Positions 46,601 through 55,339 are shown, counted from the stretch's first letter. The stretch is 64,000 bases of DNA from an uncultured Myxococcales bacterium (GCA_964545715.1 CAZJHX010000039.1:4204-68203), one strand, 5' to 3'. Notes: a model not told the origin generated them from the letters alone. Numbers and translations: made by a program.

Positions 46601-49397
46601 CGGCGACAACTGCGACAACCCGTTCAGCGTCGGCGCGCTGCCGTACACAGCGACGGGCGACACCGGCCAGGCCTCACCGGCGGTGACCAACGAGTGCGTG
46701 GGCGCGACCGGCGACAACGGCGCCGGCTCAAACGACCACGTCTATGCGTTTACGCCGACGGCGGACGCGACGTACCTCATCACGCTGCAGGGGGCCTACG
46801 ACTCCCTGCTGTACGTGGCGAGCACCTGTGAGTTCTCGGGGGGCGCGTGCCTGGGCAGCGACGACAAGATCGGATCCAACCTGATCGAGGCGGTCACACT
46901 GCAGGCGACTGCGGGCACGACGTATTACATCGTGGTGGACGGCTGGAGCTCGTCGGGCAACGTCAGCGGCACGTACACGCTGACGGTGGAGGAGAAGTCG
47001 GATGTCGAGCTGACCTGCGAGTATTACTGCGGCCTGATGACGGCCAGTTGCACCGCAGACGACGCCCAGTATACGGACGAGGCAGCGTGCCTGGCCTATT
47101 GCGGAACCTGGGCCGCCTTCCCGGCGGGCACGGTGGGGGATACCGCTGTCAACACGCTGGCGTGTCGCATCACGGCGGCGACGGACAACGGCTCGGGCGC
47201 GGACTGTGCGGCGGCGGGTCCGTCGGGCGGCGACTCCTGCGGCACCTGGTGCGACAACTACTGCTATTTATCGGCGACAAACTGCTCGGGCGGCAACGCG
47301 CTGTACGCGTCCGATGCGGAGTGCCAGACGGCCTGCGACAACTTCTCAAACGGCGGGCTGCCGGGCGCGACCGACGGCGACTCCGTACAGTGTCGCATCT
47401 ACCACCTGGGTGTGGCCGGCAGCGACGGTGACACGTCGGCGGCTGTCCACTGCCCGCATGGCGCAACGGACGGCGGCGGCGTGTGTGTGGCGGCCCTTGG
47501 CGAGACCTGCGCCAACCCGTTCTTGATGGAGGGGGTGTCCTTCAGCGCGTCGGCCTCGACGGTCGGCGCCTCGGGCAACTACGGTTATGCGGCCGGCGAG
47601 TGCCCCGGCGAGAGCTCCGGCTGGGGCGCGGGATCCAGCGATCACGTGTACGCGGCGACGCCGTCGTTCGACGGGACGTGGCTGGTGACGCTGACCGGCG
47701 CAAGCTTCGACAGCAACCTGTACGTGGTCACCGACTGCGACGATATCGGGAACTCCTGCGTGGCGGCCAACGACGAGGTCTGCAGCAGCTGCACTGAGAG
47801 CGTCACGGTCGACGCGACAGCGGGCACCACGTATTACGTCATCGTCGACGGCTGGAACAACAGCAGCAACACGGCAGGCGACTACACGCTGACGGTCGAC
47901 CTCGTGGGCAACACCTGCGAGACCCCGAACGTGGTCTCCGCCCTGCCGTTCAACGCGACGGGCGACACGAACAACGCGACGGGCGACGTCAACGCGGACG
48001 GGTCTTGCGCCTCGGTGGGCGCGGGCAGCAACGACAACGTGTACTCGCTGACGGCTACGGCGGACGGGCCGGTGACGGTCACACTGGACGCGGCATACGA
48101 CTCGGCGCTGTATGTGTTGACGGACTGCGCGGATGCGGCGTCGTGTACGGCGTCGGACGACGTCATCGGAGTGGGCGTGGAGACGCTGACGTTCGATGCG
48201 ACGGCCGGCAGCACCTACTTTGTGGTCGTGGACGGCTGGAGCAACGCGAACAACGTCGCCGGCTCCTACAGCATCGAGATCACGCAAGACACGTTCAAGG
48301 GCACCGAGTACACCGTGGACATCAAGGACTTCGCGTTTGCCCCGGCGGATCTCACAATCGTGGTGGGCGACAAGGTCACCTGGGTGAACCTGGATGCGAC
48401 CGCGCACACGGCCACATCCAGCGATGACCCGCCGGTGTTCGACAGCGGCACGTTGGCCGAGAACGACACCTACTCGTTTGTGTTCGAGGAGGCCGGATCG
48501 TTTGCGTACTTCTGCGAATTCCACGCGGGTATGACCGGGACGATCACGGTGGAGGCGCCGGTGGTGCCGGGCCAGACGTGCGACGCGCCGCTGGTGGTCG
48601 ACGCCGTACCGTACAGCGCAACCGGCGACACGACCGACGCCAGCGCCGACTACAGCTACCCGGCGGGCGCGTGCCCGGGCGAGGGCGGCAGCTGGGGTGC
48701 GGCGTCCAGCGACAACGCCTATGCGTTTACGCCAACCGTGACCGGCTCGTACACCATCTCGCTGACCAACGCCGACGGCTTCGACAGCAACCTGTATGTG
48801 GTCACGGACTGCTCGGACATCGGGGCCAGCTGTCTGGGCGCCGACGACCAAATCTGCAGCGACTGCACCGAGACCGTGGTGCTGGACCTGACGGCGGGCG
48901 AGACTTACTTCATCATCGTGGACGGCTACAGCAATAACAGCAACGTGGCGGGCGCCTACACGCTGACGGTCGACCTGACCGGCGACACCTGCGCGCTGCC
49001 GTTTGCGGTGGATGCGCTGCCCTTTGACGCGACGGGCGACACGACCGGCTTCAGCAACGCGCTGGCCAGTCCAGGATCGTGCCCGGGCGACGGCGGCTGG
49101 GGCCAGGCGGCGCCGGACCATGTGTACGCGTACACGCCGGATGCGGACGGCACGATCGACGTCAGCGTCACCGGGACGGACTTCGACACGACGCTGTATG
49201 TCTTCTCGGACTGTGACGACGTGGAGAACACGTGTCTGGGCGCCGACGACGTCATCGGCAGCAACACAACCGAGAGCGTGTCGGTGGCCGTGACCGCAGG
49301 AACCACCTACTTCATCGTGGTGGACGGCTACAACAACGACGCCACGTTCGGTGTGGAAGAGGGCGCCTACGCGCTGTCGGTCACCGCAGCGCCGTAA
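40668..49397 (+). CDS. Giant (2909 aa) lipoprotein built from about 8 Cys/His-rich tandem modules, about 10 PPC-like beta-sandwich domains and one cupredoxin domain
   Basis: The signal is MRFTFFALATGVVLAGC, followed by an Asp/Thr acidic linker. The module consensus is CxxYC-x6-CTGDNAQY-x7-C-x2-YC...DTDGNTVGCRIYHAGVA...HCPHAGPSGGDVCGxWCDNYCHL...NC...C..AC...GDTVQCRIYHLGVAG...HCPHGGxDGGGVCV. PPC-like units read LPY..GDT....DY.....CPGE..GWG...D.VYAFTP...FDSNLYVVTDC.DI..C..ADD.....TE...L.LTAG.TYYI.VDGW.....G.YTLTVD. The cupredoxin domain lies at about 48290-48565. Confidence 0.75.
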   Translation: MRFTFFALATGVVLAGCPSDPVDGGSQGSGDLADVLFDTAGDAQGDDAGDTTGDDDADTTGADDTTEPTGDDDADTGDVEPTEPSCGAYCKVLAQACTDDNEQFAGEAECNTYCQDTAQLPLGAAADTDVNSVGCRMYHAGVASQQEPEVHCPHAGPTGADTCGTWCENYCHLAMTNCTGANAVYDTPADCEAACADLVDDGEAGDTDGDTVQCRIYHAGVAGTNGDTSAEIHCPHAGPDGGGVCVDAIEPVDPTCEAYCAAITDACTGDNLQYADETACLTYCGASAQLPLGTSEDVDGNTVGCRIYHAGVASTSDENAAIHCVHAGPTGGDVCGAWCDNYCHLAQTNCSDDNALYSDSAACDAACADFPATGAAGDVDGDTVQCKIYHLGVAGSDGDDSAAVHCPHGGIDGGDVCVAPVLPPTCAEYCAAVQAACTDDNAQYASEDACNAYCQDWAQIPAGALSDTGGNTIGCRLYHAGVASASEDNAVVHCPHAGASGGDVCGTWCENYCHLAETNCTGDDALDFGDGDCPVACTGYGVDAAPGSVDGDSVQCRIYHLGVAGSDPPDSAGVHCPHGGLDGGGVCVPPPEPTTCTPIAALSCGDNLSGVSNNMDGSTNVMGDYFCSPFGDDYGTGPEATWSFEVSETTIVDISDGGAGEVDIFLLEDHGNGCEASEASCVLGEFDDLSFTAAPGATYYVVVDTWGGDDATFDLSVTCCTPSCTDKACGDDGCGSSCGDCGDGEVCNDAGACEEAVPTCEDYCAAVAAACTDDNAQYASVDACLNYCATWAQLPVGSLADTDTNTVGCRTYHAGVAALSEDDAAIHCPHAGPSGGNVCGSWCDNYCHLSSANCTDANALYADGDACSAACEAFPAVGEVADTSGNTVQCRIYHLGVAGSALPDSAGVHCPHGAVDGGGVCVKGGSTCEDAITVGALPYSDAGETDTASGDYSYNAGDCPGESSGWGAGSNDVVYAFTPETGGNHDIELTGAPGFDSNLYVVTDCGDIGSTCLAADDDIGSNITESITLNLTAGATYYIIVDGWNNSGNVSGAYTLTVDRSAPTCAEYCALIQSACTGDNAQYADEAVCLTYCTTQAQLVAGAAADVDGNTIGCRTYHAGVASLSDENAAVHCAHAGPSGGDVCGTWCDNYCYLAGLNCTGGDALFVDDGACGAACADFTDDAEPGAVSGDSVQCRIYHLGVAGFDADSPAIHCPHGGTDGGGVCVEAPSEGDTCESAFVVDAAPFSATGDTTGANADYAYGDGECPGETSGWGAASADQVYTFTPTASALYTITLEADADFDSNLYVVSDCGDIGSSCLAADDAIGGGQTESVAVNLTAGTTYFIVVDGWSNASDIAGAYTLSIDGGAPTCESYCADITAACTGDNAQYADADACLAYCTNSQLPIGATGDVDGNSLGCRTYHAGVAAQTDPAVHCIHAGPSGGDICGSWCDNYCHLAANNCSDGDALFGDDAACADACALYPLNGDAGDTVGNSVQCRIYHLGVAGDDTGAGPTVHCPHGSIDGGGVCSGPGGQTCEDAFAATGGLPYTSAGTTVGKSNDYSIQPQWCDPDLPSTSGAGSSDEAYVFTAPADGTYHVDVDVSFDALLYALGDCADAENTCLGGSDAIGGSANEHLELDMTAGESVYLVVDGWSSTSNISGDYSLTINGLGHNCALPHPISELPFSHTSSTNGVGNDASYSAGGCPGESFGWGAGSSDVVYAFTPGATGDYNVTLTGNNFDSNLYVVTDCGDIDGTCVGADDEVCANCTEELTLTLKGGTTYFIVADGFGNSNNVNGAYTLTVDLVGLQAPTCETYCADVTAACTGDNSQFADEAACLAYCGTWAQLDAGEPGDTDGNSIACRIYHAGVASADEASAAIHCDHAGPSGGNVCGSWCENYCDLAATNCAGDNALFADGDACTAACEAYDDLGGSGDTDGDTVQCRIYHLGVAGSDGDTSAAVHCPHGGIDGGGVCVYPGDNCDNPFSVGALPYTATGDTGQASPAVTNECVGATGDNGAGSNDHVYAFTPTADATYLITLQGAYDSLLYVASTCEFSGGACLGSDDKIGSNLIEAVTLQATAGTTYYIVVDGWSSSGNVSGTYTLTVEEKSDVELTCEYYCGLMTASCTADDAQYTDEAACLAYCGTWAAFPAGTVGDTAVNTLACRITAATDNGSGADCAAAGPSGGDSCGTWCDNYCYLSATNCSGGNALYASDAECQTACDNFSNGGLPGATDGDSVQCRIYHLGVAGSDGDTSAAVHCPHGATDGGGVCVAALGETCANPFLMEGVSFSASASTVGASGNYGYAAGECPGESSGWGAGSSDHVYAATPSFDGTWLVTLTGASFDSNLYVVTDCDDIGNSCVAANDEVCSSCTESVTVDATAGTTYYVIVDGWNNSSNTAGDYTLTVDLVGNTCETPNVVSALPFNATGDTNNATGDVNADGSCASVGAGSNDNVYSLTATADGPVTVTLDAAYDSALYVLTDCADAASCTASDDVIGVGVETLTFDATAGSTYFVVVDGWSNANNVAGSYSIEITQDTFKGTEYTVDIKDFAFAPADLTIVVGDKVTWVNLDATAHTATSSDDPPVFDSGTLAENDTYSFVFEEAGSFAYFCEFHAGMTGTITVEAPVVPGQTCDAPLVVDAVPYSATGDTTDASADYSYPAGACPGEGGSWGAASSDNAYAFTPTVTGSYTISLTNADGFDSNLYVVTDCSDIGASCLGADDQICSDCTETVVLDLTAGETYFIIVDGYSNNSNVAGAYTLTVDLTGDTCALPFAVDALPFDATGDTTGFSNALASPGSCPGDGGWGQAAPDHVYAYTPDADGTIDVSVTGTDFDTTLYVFSDCDDVENTCLGADDVIGSNTTESVSVAVTAGTTYFIVVDGYNNDATFGVEEGAYALSVTAAP

Positions 49398-52300
49398 CGT
49401 AAAGGGCCGCCGGTCGATCCGATCGCGGCGCTGCTCCGTACCATCGGGGTGGTCGAGTTGACTTTGGGACGCGTTCCAAGGTGTAGTTCACCACCTTAAA
49501 CGGCACTACAGCGAACGCGTGGGGGCATATGCGGCGCATCTTTCTTTGCCTACCTCTGGCAGCGGCCCTGATTCTGGGCTGCCCCGGTGAGACAACGACC
49601 ACCGGCGACTCTACAACCGACACAACCGATACGGACACGACGGACACCGGAGGCGAAGACGCCGGACCGACCGGCACCGATGACGACGCCACGACGAGCA
49701 CGACGGGCGACGACGACGCGACCACGACGACGGACGACACGACGGACACGGGCGATGTGCCCGATCCGGTGGAGCCGACCTGCGCGGAGTACTGCCAGGT
49801 CATCATGGAGAGCTGCACCGGCGACAACGCGCAGTACGCCAGCGAGGCCGAGTGCACGACGGTGTGCAAGGACATCGCGCAGTGGGACGTGGGCGAGCTG
49901 GAGGACACGGACGTCAACACGGTTGGCTGCCGTCTGTACCACGCGGGTGTCGCCGCGACCGAGGAGCCGGAGGTGCACTGCTGGCACGCCGGCCCGACCG
50001 GCGGCGACTTCTGCGGAACCTGGTGCGACAACTACTGCCACCTGTCCGAGCTGATCTGCACCGGGCCTGAGGCGGAGACGCACCCGACGGCTGAGCAGTG
50101 CCAGGAGGCCTGTCTGGACTTCCGCAGCGACGGCGAGATCAACGACACCGGCGGCAACAGCGTTCAGTGCCGCCTGTACCACCTGAGCGTGGCCGGGACG
50201 AACCCGCCGAGCAGCGCGGAGCTGCATTGCCCGCACGCCGGCATCGACGGCGACGGCACCTGCGTGGACGAGCCCAAGCCGGACCCCAACTGTGAAGACT
50301 ATTGCCAGCTGATTCAGGTCGCGTGCACCGGCGACAACGCGCAGTACGCGGACGAGGCGGCGTGCATCGCGTACTGCAAGGTCGCGGGGCAGCTACCGAT
50401 CGGGACGGCGGACGACATCAAGGGCAACACGCTGGGATGTCGCCAGTACCACGCGGGCGTGGCTGTTCAGCAGCAGCCGGAGATCCACTGCGACCACGCC
50501 GGCCCGTCCGGCGGCGACGTGTGCGGCTCCTGGTGTGACAACTACTGCCATCTGTCCGGTGTGAACTGCTCGGGCGACGACGCGATCTTTGCGGATGACG
50601 CGGAGTGCGCCGCGGCGTGCGGGGACTATGCCGCCGACGGCCTGACCGGCAACGTGGACGGCGACACGGTTCAGTGCCGCATCTACCACCTGGGCGTGGC
50701 CGGCTCCGACAAGGACAACGGCACCCCGGCGATCCACTGCCCGCACGGCGGCGTGGACGGCGGCGAGGTGTGTGTGGACGAGGAGCCGCCGCCGGACCCG
50801 ACCTGCGAGGCGTATTGCGCGGCGGTCACGGCGAATTGCACGGACGGAAACGCCCAGTACGGCAGCGAGACCCAGTGCAACAACTACTGCGAGACCTGGG
50901 GCAAGCTCCCCCTGGGCGAGGGCACCGACACCAGCGGCAACACGGTTGGCTGTCGCATCTACCACGCCGGTGTGGCCGGTGGCGGCGAGGCGGAAGCGGC
51001 GATTCACTGCGCGCATGCCGGTCCCTCCGGCGGCGACGTGTGCGGTACGTACTGCGAGAACTACTGCCACCTGTCGGCGACCAACTGCACCGAGGACAAC
51101 GCGCTGTATGAGGACGACGACGGCTGCGCGACCGCGTGCGCGGACTTTGCCGCGGGCCCCGACCCGCTGGCGACCGACGGCGACTCTGTCCAGTGCCGCA
51201 TCTATCACCTGGGTGTGGCGGGCAGCGATCCGCCGGACTCCGCCGGAACACACTGCCCGCACGGCGCCATCGACGGCGGCGACGTGTGCGTCGGACCGGT
51301 CGCCGAGACCTGTGAGCCGGTGGGCGCGCTGAGCTGTGGTGATACGATCAACGGCGCCAGCAACGAGACGGGCACGCAGCTGATGAGCAGCTACCAATGC
51401 CAGGTCTTCGAGAGCGACGACTACGGCCCGGGGCTGGAGGTGGCGTACACGTTCACCACCGAGACCGACCAGCTGGTCACCGTGTCCGACACGTCCAGCG
51501 CCATGGATGTCATCGTGCTCAAGGACGAGGGCTTCGGCTGCGTCTCCACGGGTACAAGCTGCCTGGACAGCGGCACGACCAGCGCGTCGTTCGCGGCCAA
51601 GGCCGGCGTCGAGTACTTCATCGTGCTGGACGCGTATGACGGTGACACGGACACGTTCGACATCACGGTCGACTGCTGCGCGCCCACGTGCGAGGGCAAG
51701 ACCTGTGGCGACGACGGCTGTGGCGGCACCTGCGGCACGTGCGCCGAGACCGAGCTGTGCACCGACGCTGGCGTGTGCGAGGCGATCCCCGAGCCGGAGG
51801 CCGACACGTGCGACGCGGCCAACGCCGTGGGTGCGCTGCCGTTCAGCGCGGAGGCGACGACCGAGTACAACTCTGACAACTATGGCTACTCGACGGGCGC
51901 GTGCCCGGGCGAGGAGGGTGGCTGGGGCGACTCGGCGCCGGACCAGGCGTGGTCGTTTACCCCGGACGAGGGCGGCCTGTACTCGGTGGCCCTGGAGTCC
52001 AACTTTGACTCCAACCTGTACGTCGTGACCGACTGCGCCGATGTCGACGGCTCGTGCGTCGCCGGTTTCGAGGAGGTCGGCCCCAACGAGTCGCTGACCA
52101 CCTACCTGAGCGCCGGGACCACCTACTACATCATCGTGGACGGCTGGGGCTTTGACGAGGGCGGCGCGTACACGCTGAACGTGGACCTGGTTACGCCGGG
52201 CGCCACGCCGCAGTGCCAGTACTACTGCGACCTGATCCAGGCCGCGTGCACCGGCGCCAACGCCCAGTACGACAGCGTTGACAGCTGCGTCAGCTATTGC

Positions 52301-55000
52301 ACGACCTACGGTGCGCTGCCGTTGGGCGCCAACGAAGACGTGGACGGCAACACCGTGGGCTGCCGCACCTATCACGCGGGCGTCGCTGCGACGGTGGCTC
52401 CCGACGTGCACTGCGCCCATGCCGGGCCGTCCGGCGGCGACCTGTGCGGCACCTGGTGCGAGAACTACTGCCACCTGTCTGCGCAAAACTGCACGGGCGA
52501 CAACGAGCTGTTCGCGGACGACGGCGCGTGCGCGGCTGCGTGTGACGAGTACGCGACCACGGGCCTGCCCGGTGACACCGGCGGCGCCACGGTCCAGTGC
52601 AAGATCTACCACCTGGGCGTGGCGGGCAACGCGGATGCCGGCGGCGGCGACGTGCACTGCTCGCACGGCGGCGTGGACGGCGATGAGGTGTGCGTGGCGG
52701 CGACGGGCGGCAACGGCGACAGCTGCGACTCGCCCTTCATTATCGGCGCCCTGCCCTACTCCAAGACTGCGGACACGACCAGCGCCAGCAGCGAGGTGCA
52801 GAGCGAGTGCAAGAAGCTCTTCAACGGGTCGGCCTCCAACGAGCATGTGTACAAGCTGACGGCCGCTGAGGACGGCGACTACGTCTTTACGCTGGTCGCG
52901 GAGCACGACTCTCTGCTGTACGTGGTGACCGACTGCTCCGGCGCGGGCACCACGTGCCTGGCCGCGGACGACGAGTTCGGCAAGAACCTGACCGAGACCG
53001 TGACGGTGACGTTGAAGGCCGACGAGGAGGTCTTCGTGGTGGTGGACGGCTACTCGGCCGCGGAGAACCAGGCCGGCGAGTACACGCTGACGGTGGAGGT
53101 GCTGCCGCCGTTCGGCGTTACGTGCGAGTACTACTGCGCGTCGATCACGTCGACGTGTACCGGGGACAACGCCCAATACGCGGACGAGCAGGCGTGTCTG
53201 GACTACTGCAAGGTCGCCGGCGCCTTCCCCGAGGGCACCATCGACGACGTGGACGGCAACAGCCTGGGCTGCCGCGTCTATCACGCGGGTGTGGCCGGCC
53301 AGGTCTCGCCCGAGGTTCACTGCCCGCACGCCGGTCCGTCCGGCGCCGACACCTGCGGCTCTTGGTGCGACAACTACTGCCACCTGGCGCAGCAGAACTG
53401 CACGGGCGGCAACGAGCTTTACGCCAACGAGGCCGAGTGCCTGTCCGCGTGCGACACATTCGACACGGGCGGTGAGCCCGGCGACACCAGTGGCGGCACC
53501 GCGCAGTGCAAGATCTATCACCTGGGCGTGGCCGGCTCGGACGGCGACACCAGCGCCGCGATCCACTGTCCGCACGGCGGCGCTGACGGCGGCGGCATCT
53601 GTGTGGCGGCGCCGGGCGACAGCTGCTCCAACGCCATCGCCATCGAGAGCGTGCCGTTCAACACGGTCGGCGATACCGGCAGCGGCACCCCGCAAGTGTC
53701 CGTCGGCTGCGCCGAGGCCAGCGCCAAGGGTGCGGGCTCCAGCGACCTGGTCTACTCCTTCGCCCCGCCGGCCGAGGGCGAGTACGTGATCACGCTGAAC
53801 GCGGACCACGACTCTCTGCTGTACGTGACCACCGACTGCTCAGGCGACGAGGAGAGCTGCGTGGCCACCGACGACGTGCTGGGCGGCGGCAAAACCGAGA
53901 CGCTGACGCTGACGCTGAGCGCCGACACCACGTACTACATCGTGGTGGACGGCTGGGCGGACTTCATGGACGTCTCCGGCGCCTTCACGCTGTCCGTGAC
54001 CGCGGTGGGCGGCGCCGAGCTGACGTGCGAGTACTACTGCGCGTCGATCATGGCCGCTTGCACCGGGGATGACGCGCAGTACGCCGATGCGGACGCGTGC
54101 AACAGCTACTGCAACAAGTACGGCGCCTTCCCCGAGGGGACGCTGGACGACGTGGACGGCAACACGCTGGGCTGCCGGATCTACCACGCCGGCGTGGCCG
54201 GGACTGTGGCCCCGGACGTGCACTGCGCACACGCCGGTCCGTCCGGCGGCGACATCTGCGGAACGTGGTGTGAGAACTACTGCGACCTGGCGGAGAAGAA
54301 CTGCACCGGCGGCGACGCGCTGTTTGCCGACAACGGCTCCTGCATGAGCACGTGCAACGGCTACTCCGACGACGGCGCCCCCGGCGACACGGGCGGTGAC
54401 ACCGTGCAGTGCCGCATCTATCACCTGGGTGTGGCCGGCAACGGCGACGCGGGCGGCGCAACGACTCACTGCCCGCACGGCGACGCGGACGGCGGCGGTG
54501 TGTGTGTCGACGACACCACGCCCACCCTGGACGTGAGCGGCTGGACGGTGATCCAGAACGGCGGCGAGAAGACCTTCGAGTTCCCGGCCGGCACCGTCGT
54601 GAAGGAGGGGGACTACATCGTGATCGGGCGAAACGCATCGCAGGAGGACTTCACCCTGTACTGGGGCGTGAACTTCTCCGGCGGCGTGCATTACTTCGAC
54701 GCCAACAACCAGTTCCCGATAGTCAACGGCGACGAGTCCTTCGATTTGCTGGACGCGACCGACACGCTGGTGGACGGTCCCTCGGCAAACCTGAAGTCGG
54801 GCTTCAAGCTGCAGCGCAAGCAGCCGGTCGGCGCCGCCAGCGACGCCGGCTCATGGGACCAGCAGAGCGCGGCCACCGGCGTGGGTCCGGCGCCAAACCC
54901 GGGTACCGGCCAGACGCCGGGCGTGGACAACGGCCTCTACCTCAGCGAGCTGAGCGACGCCAACGGGTCGGGCAACTTCATCTACGAGTTTGTCGAGATC
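40900..55000 (+). repeat. About 14 kb of imperfect tandem repetition with a period of roughly 450 bp, underlying the two giant genes
   Basis: Near-identical nucleotide blocks recur throughout, for example tgccgcatctatcacctgggtgtggccggcagcgacgg, cactgcccgcacggcgg and tggtgcgacaactactgccacctg. Confidence 0.85.
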
Positions 55001-55336
55001 TACGTCTCGGGCCTCAACGGCGACGTGCCGATCGTCGAGCCGGAGCCCGGCCCGGTCGAGGTCGAGGTAAAGAACTTTGCGTTCAGCCCGGCCGACATCA
55101 CGGTCTCGGTGGGCACGACGGTGACCTGGACGTTTTTGGACGGCTCCAGTCACACCGTGACCAGCACCGACAACAAGACGTCCAACCAGACGACCAACGA
55201 TCCGCTGGACAGCCCGTTCTTGAAGAGCAGCGACGCGCCCGACAACACGTACAGCTACACCTTCACCGAGGCAGGCCTGTTCACGTATCGGTGCATCCCG
55301 CACGCCAGCATGAAGGGCAGCGTCAACGTCGAGTAG
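49529..55336 (+). CDS. Giant (1935 aa) paralogous lipoprotein with about 7 Cys/His-rich modules, PPC-like domains, a lamin-tail domain (LTD) and a C-terminal cupredoxin domain
   Basis: The signal is MRRIFLCLPLAAALILGCPGETTTTG, followed by a Thr/Asp linker. The module consensus is the same as in the upstream giant. The LTD-like stretch is at about 54530-54850 (WTVIQNGGEKTFEFPAGTVVKEGDYIVIG). The cupredoxin domain is at about 55050-55333 with ligands H (SSHTVTS), C-x2-H (YRCIPHASM) and M. Confidence 0.75.
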   Translation: MRRIFLCLPLAAALILGCPGETTTTGDSTTDTTDTDTTDTGGEDAGPTGTDDDATTSTTGDDDATTTTDDTTDTGDVPDPVEPTCAEYCQVIMESCTGDNAQYASEAECTTVCKDIAQWDVGELEDTDVNTVGCRLYHAGVAATEEPEVHCWHAGPTGGDFCGTWCDNYCHLSELICTGPEAETHPTAEQCQEACLDFRSDGEINDTGGNSVQCRLYHLSVAGTNPPSSAELHCPHAGIDGDGTCVDEPKPDPNCEDYCQLIQVACTGDNAQYADEAACIAYCKVAGQLPIGTADDIKGNTLGCRQYHAGVAVQQQPEIHCDHAGPSGGDVCGSWCDNYCHLSGVNCSGDDAIFADDAECAAACGDYAADGLTGNVDGDTVQCRIYHLGVAGSDKDNGTPAIHCPHGGVDGGEVCVDEEPPPDPTCEAYCAAVTANCTDGNAQYGSETQCNNYCETWGKLPLGEGTDTSGNTVGCRIYHAGVAGGGEAEAAIHCAHAGPSGGDVCGTYCENYCHLSATNCTEDNALYEDDDGCATACADFAAGPDPLATDGDSVQCRIYHLGVAGSDPPDSAGTHCPHGAIDGGDVCVGPVAETCEPVGALSCGDTINGASNETGTQLMSSYQCQVFESDDYGPGLEVAYTFTTETDQLVTVSDTSSAMDVIVLKDEGFGCVSTGTSCLDSGTTSASFAAKAGVEYFIVLDAYDGDTDTFDITVDCCAPTCEGKTCGDDGCGGTCGTCAETELCTDAGVCEAIPEPEADTCDAANAVGALPFSAEATTEYNSDNYGYSTGACPGEEGGWGDSAPDQAWSFTPDEGGLYSVALESNFDSNLYVVTDCADVDGSCVAGFEEVGPNESLTTYLSAGTTYYIIVDGWGFDEGGAYTLNVDLVTPGATPQCQYYCDLIQAACTGANAQYDSVDSCVSYCTTYGALPLGANEDVDGNTVGCRTYHAGVAATVAPDVHCAHAGPSGGDLCGTWCENYCHLSAQNCTGDNELFADDGACAAACDEYATTGLPGDTGGATVQCKIYHLGVAGNADAGGGDVHCSHGGVDGDEVCVAATGGNGDSCDSPFIIGALPYSKTADTTSASSEVQSECKKLFNGSASNEHVYKLTAAEDGDYVFTLVAEHDSLLYVVTDCSGAGTTCLAADDEFGKNLTETVTVTLKADEEVFVVVDGYSAAENQAGEYTLTVEVLPPFGVTCEYYCASITSTCTGDNAQYADEQACLDYCKVAGAFPEGTIDDVDGNSLGCRVYHAGVAGQVSPEVHCPHAGPSGADTCGSWCDNYCHLAQQNCTGGNELYANEAECLSACDTFDTGGEPGDTSGGTAQCKIYHLGVAGSDGDTSAAIHCPHGGADGGGICVAAPGDSCSNAIAIESVPFNTVGDTGSGTPQVSVGCAEASAKGAGSSDLVYSFAPPAEGEYVITLNADHDSLLYVTTDCSGDEESCVATDDVLGGGKTETLTLTLSADTTYYIVVDGWADFMDVSGAFTLSVTAVGGAELTCEYYCASIMAACTGDDAQYADADACNSYCNKYGAFPEGTLDDVDGNTLGCRIYHAGVAGTVAPDVHCAHAGPSGGDICGTWCENYCDLAEKNCTGGDALFADNGSCMSTCNGYSDDGAPGDTGGDTVQCRIYHLGVAGNGDAGGATTHCPHGDADGGGVCVDDTTPTLDVSGWTVIQNGGEKTFEFPAGTVVKEGDYIVIGRNASQEDFTLYWGVNFSGGVHYFDANNQFPIVNGDESFDLLDATDTLVDGPSANLKSGFKLQRKQPVGAASDAGSWDQQSAATGVGPAPNPGTGQTPGVDNGLYLSELSDANGSGNFIYEFVEIYVSGLNGDVPIVEPEPGPVEVEVKNFAFSPADITVSVGTTVTWTFLDGSSHTVTSTDNKTSNQTTNDPLDSPFLKSSDAPDNTYSYTFTEAGLFTYRCIPHASMKGSVNVE

Positions 55337-55339
55337 GCG

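Noticed and set aside
49398-49528. Possible terminator hairpin between the two giant genes (cgccg-gtcgatccgatcg-cggcg)
   Set aside because: Only a 5-bp perfect stem and no T-tract. Not convincing as an intrinsic terminator.
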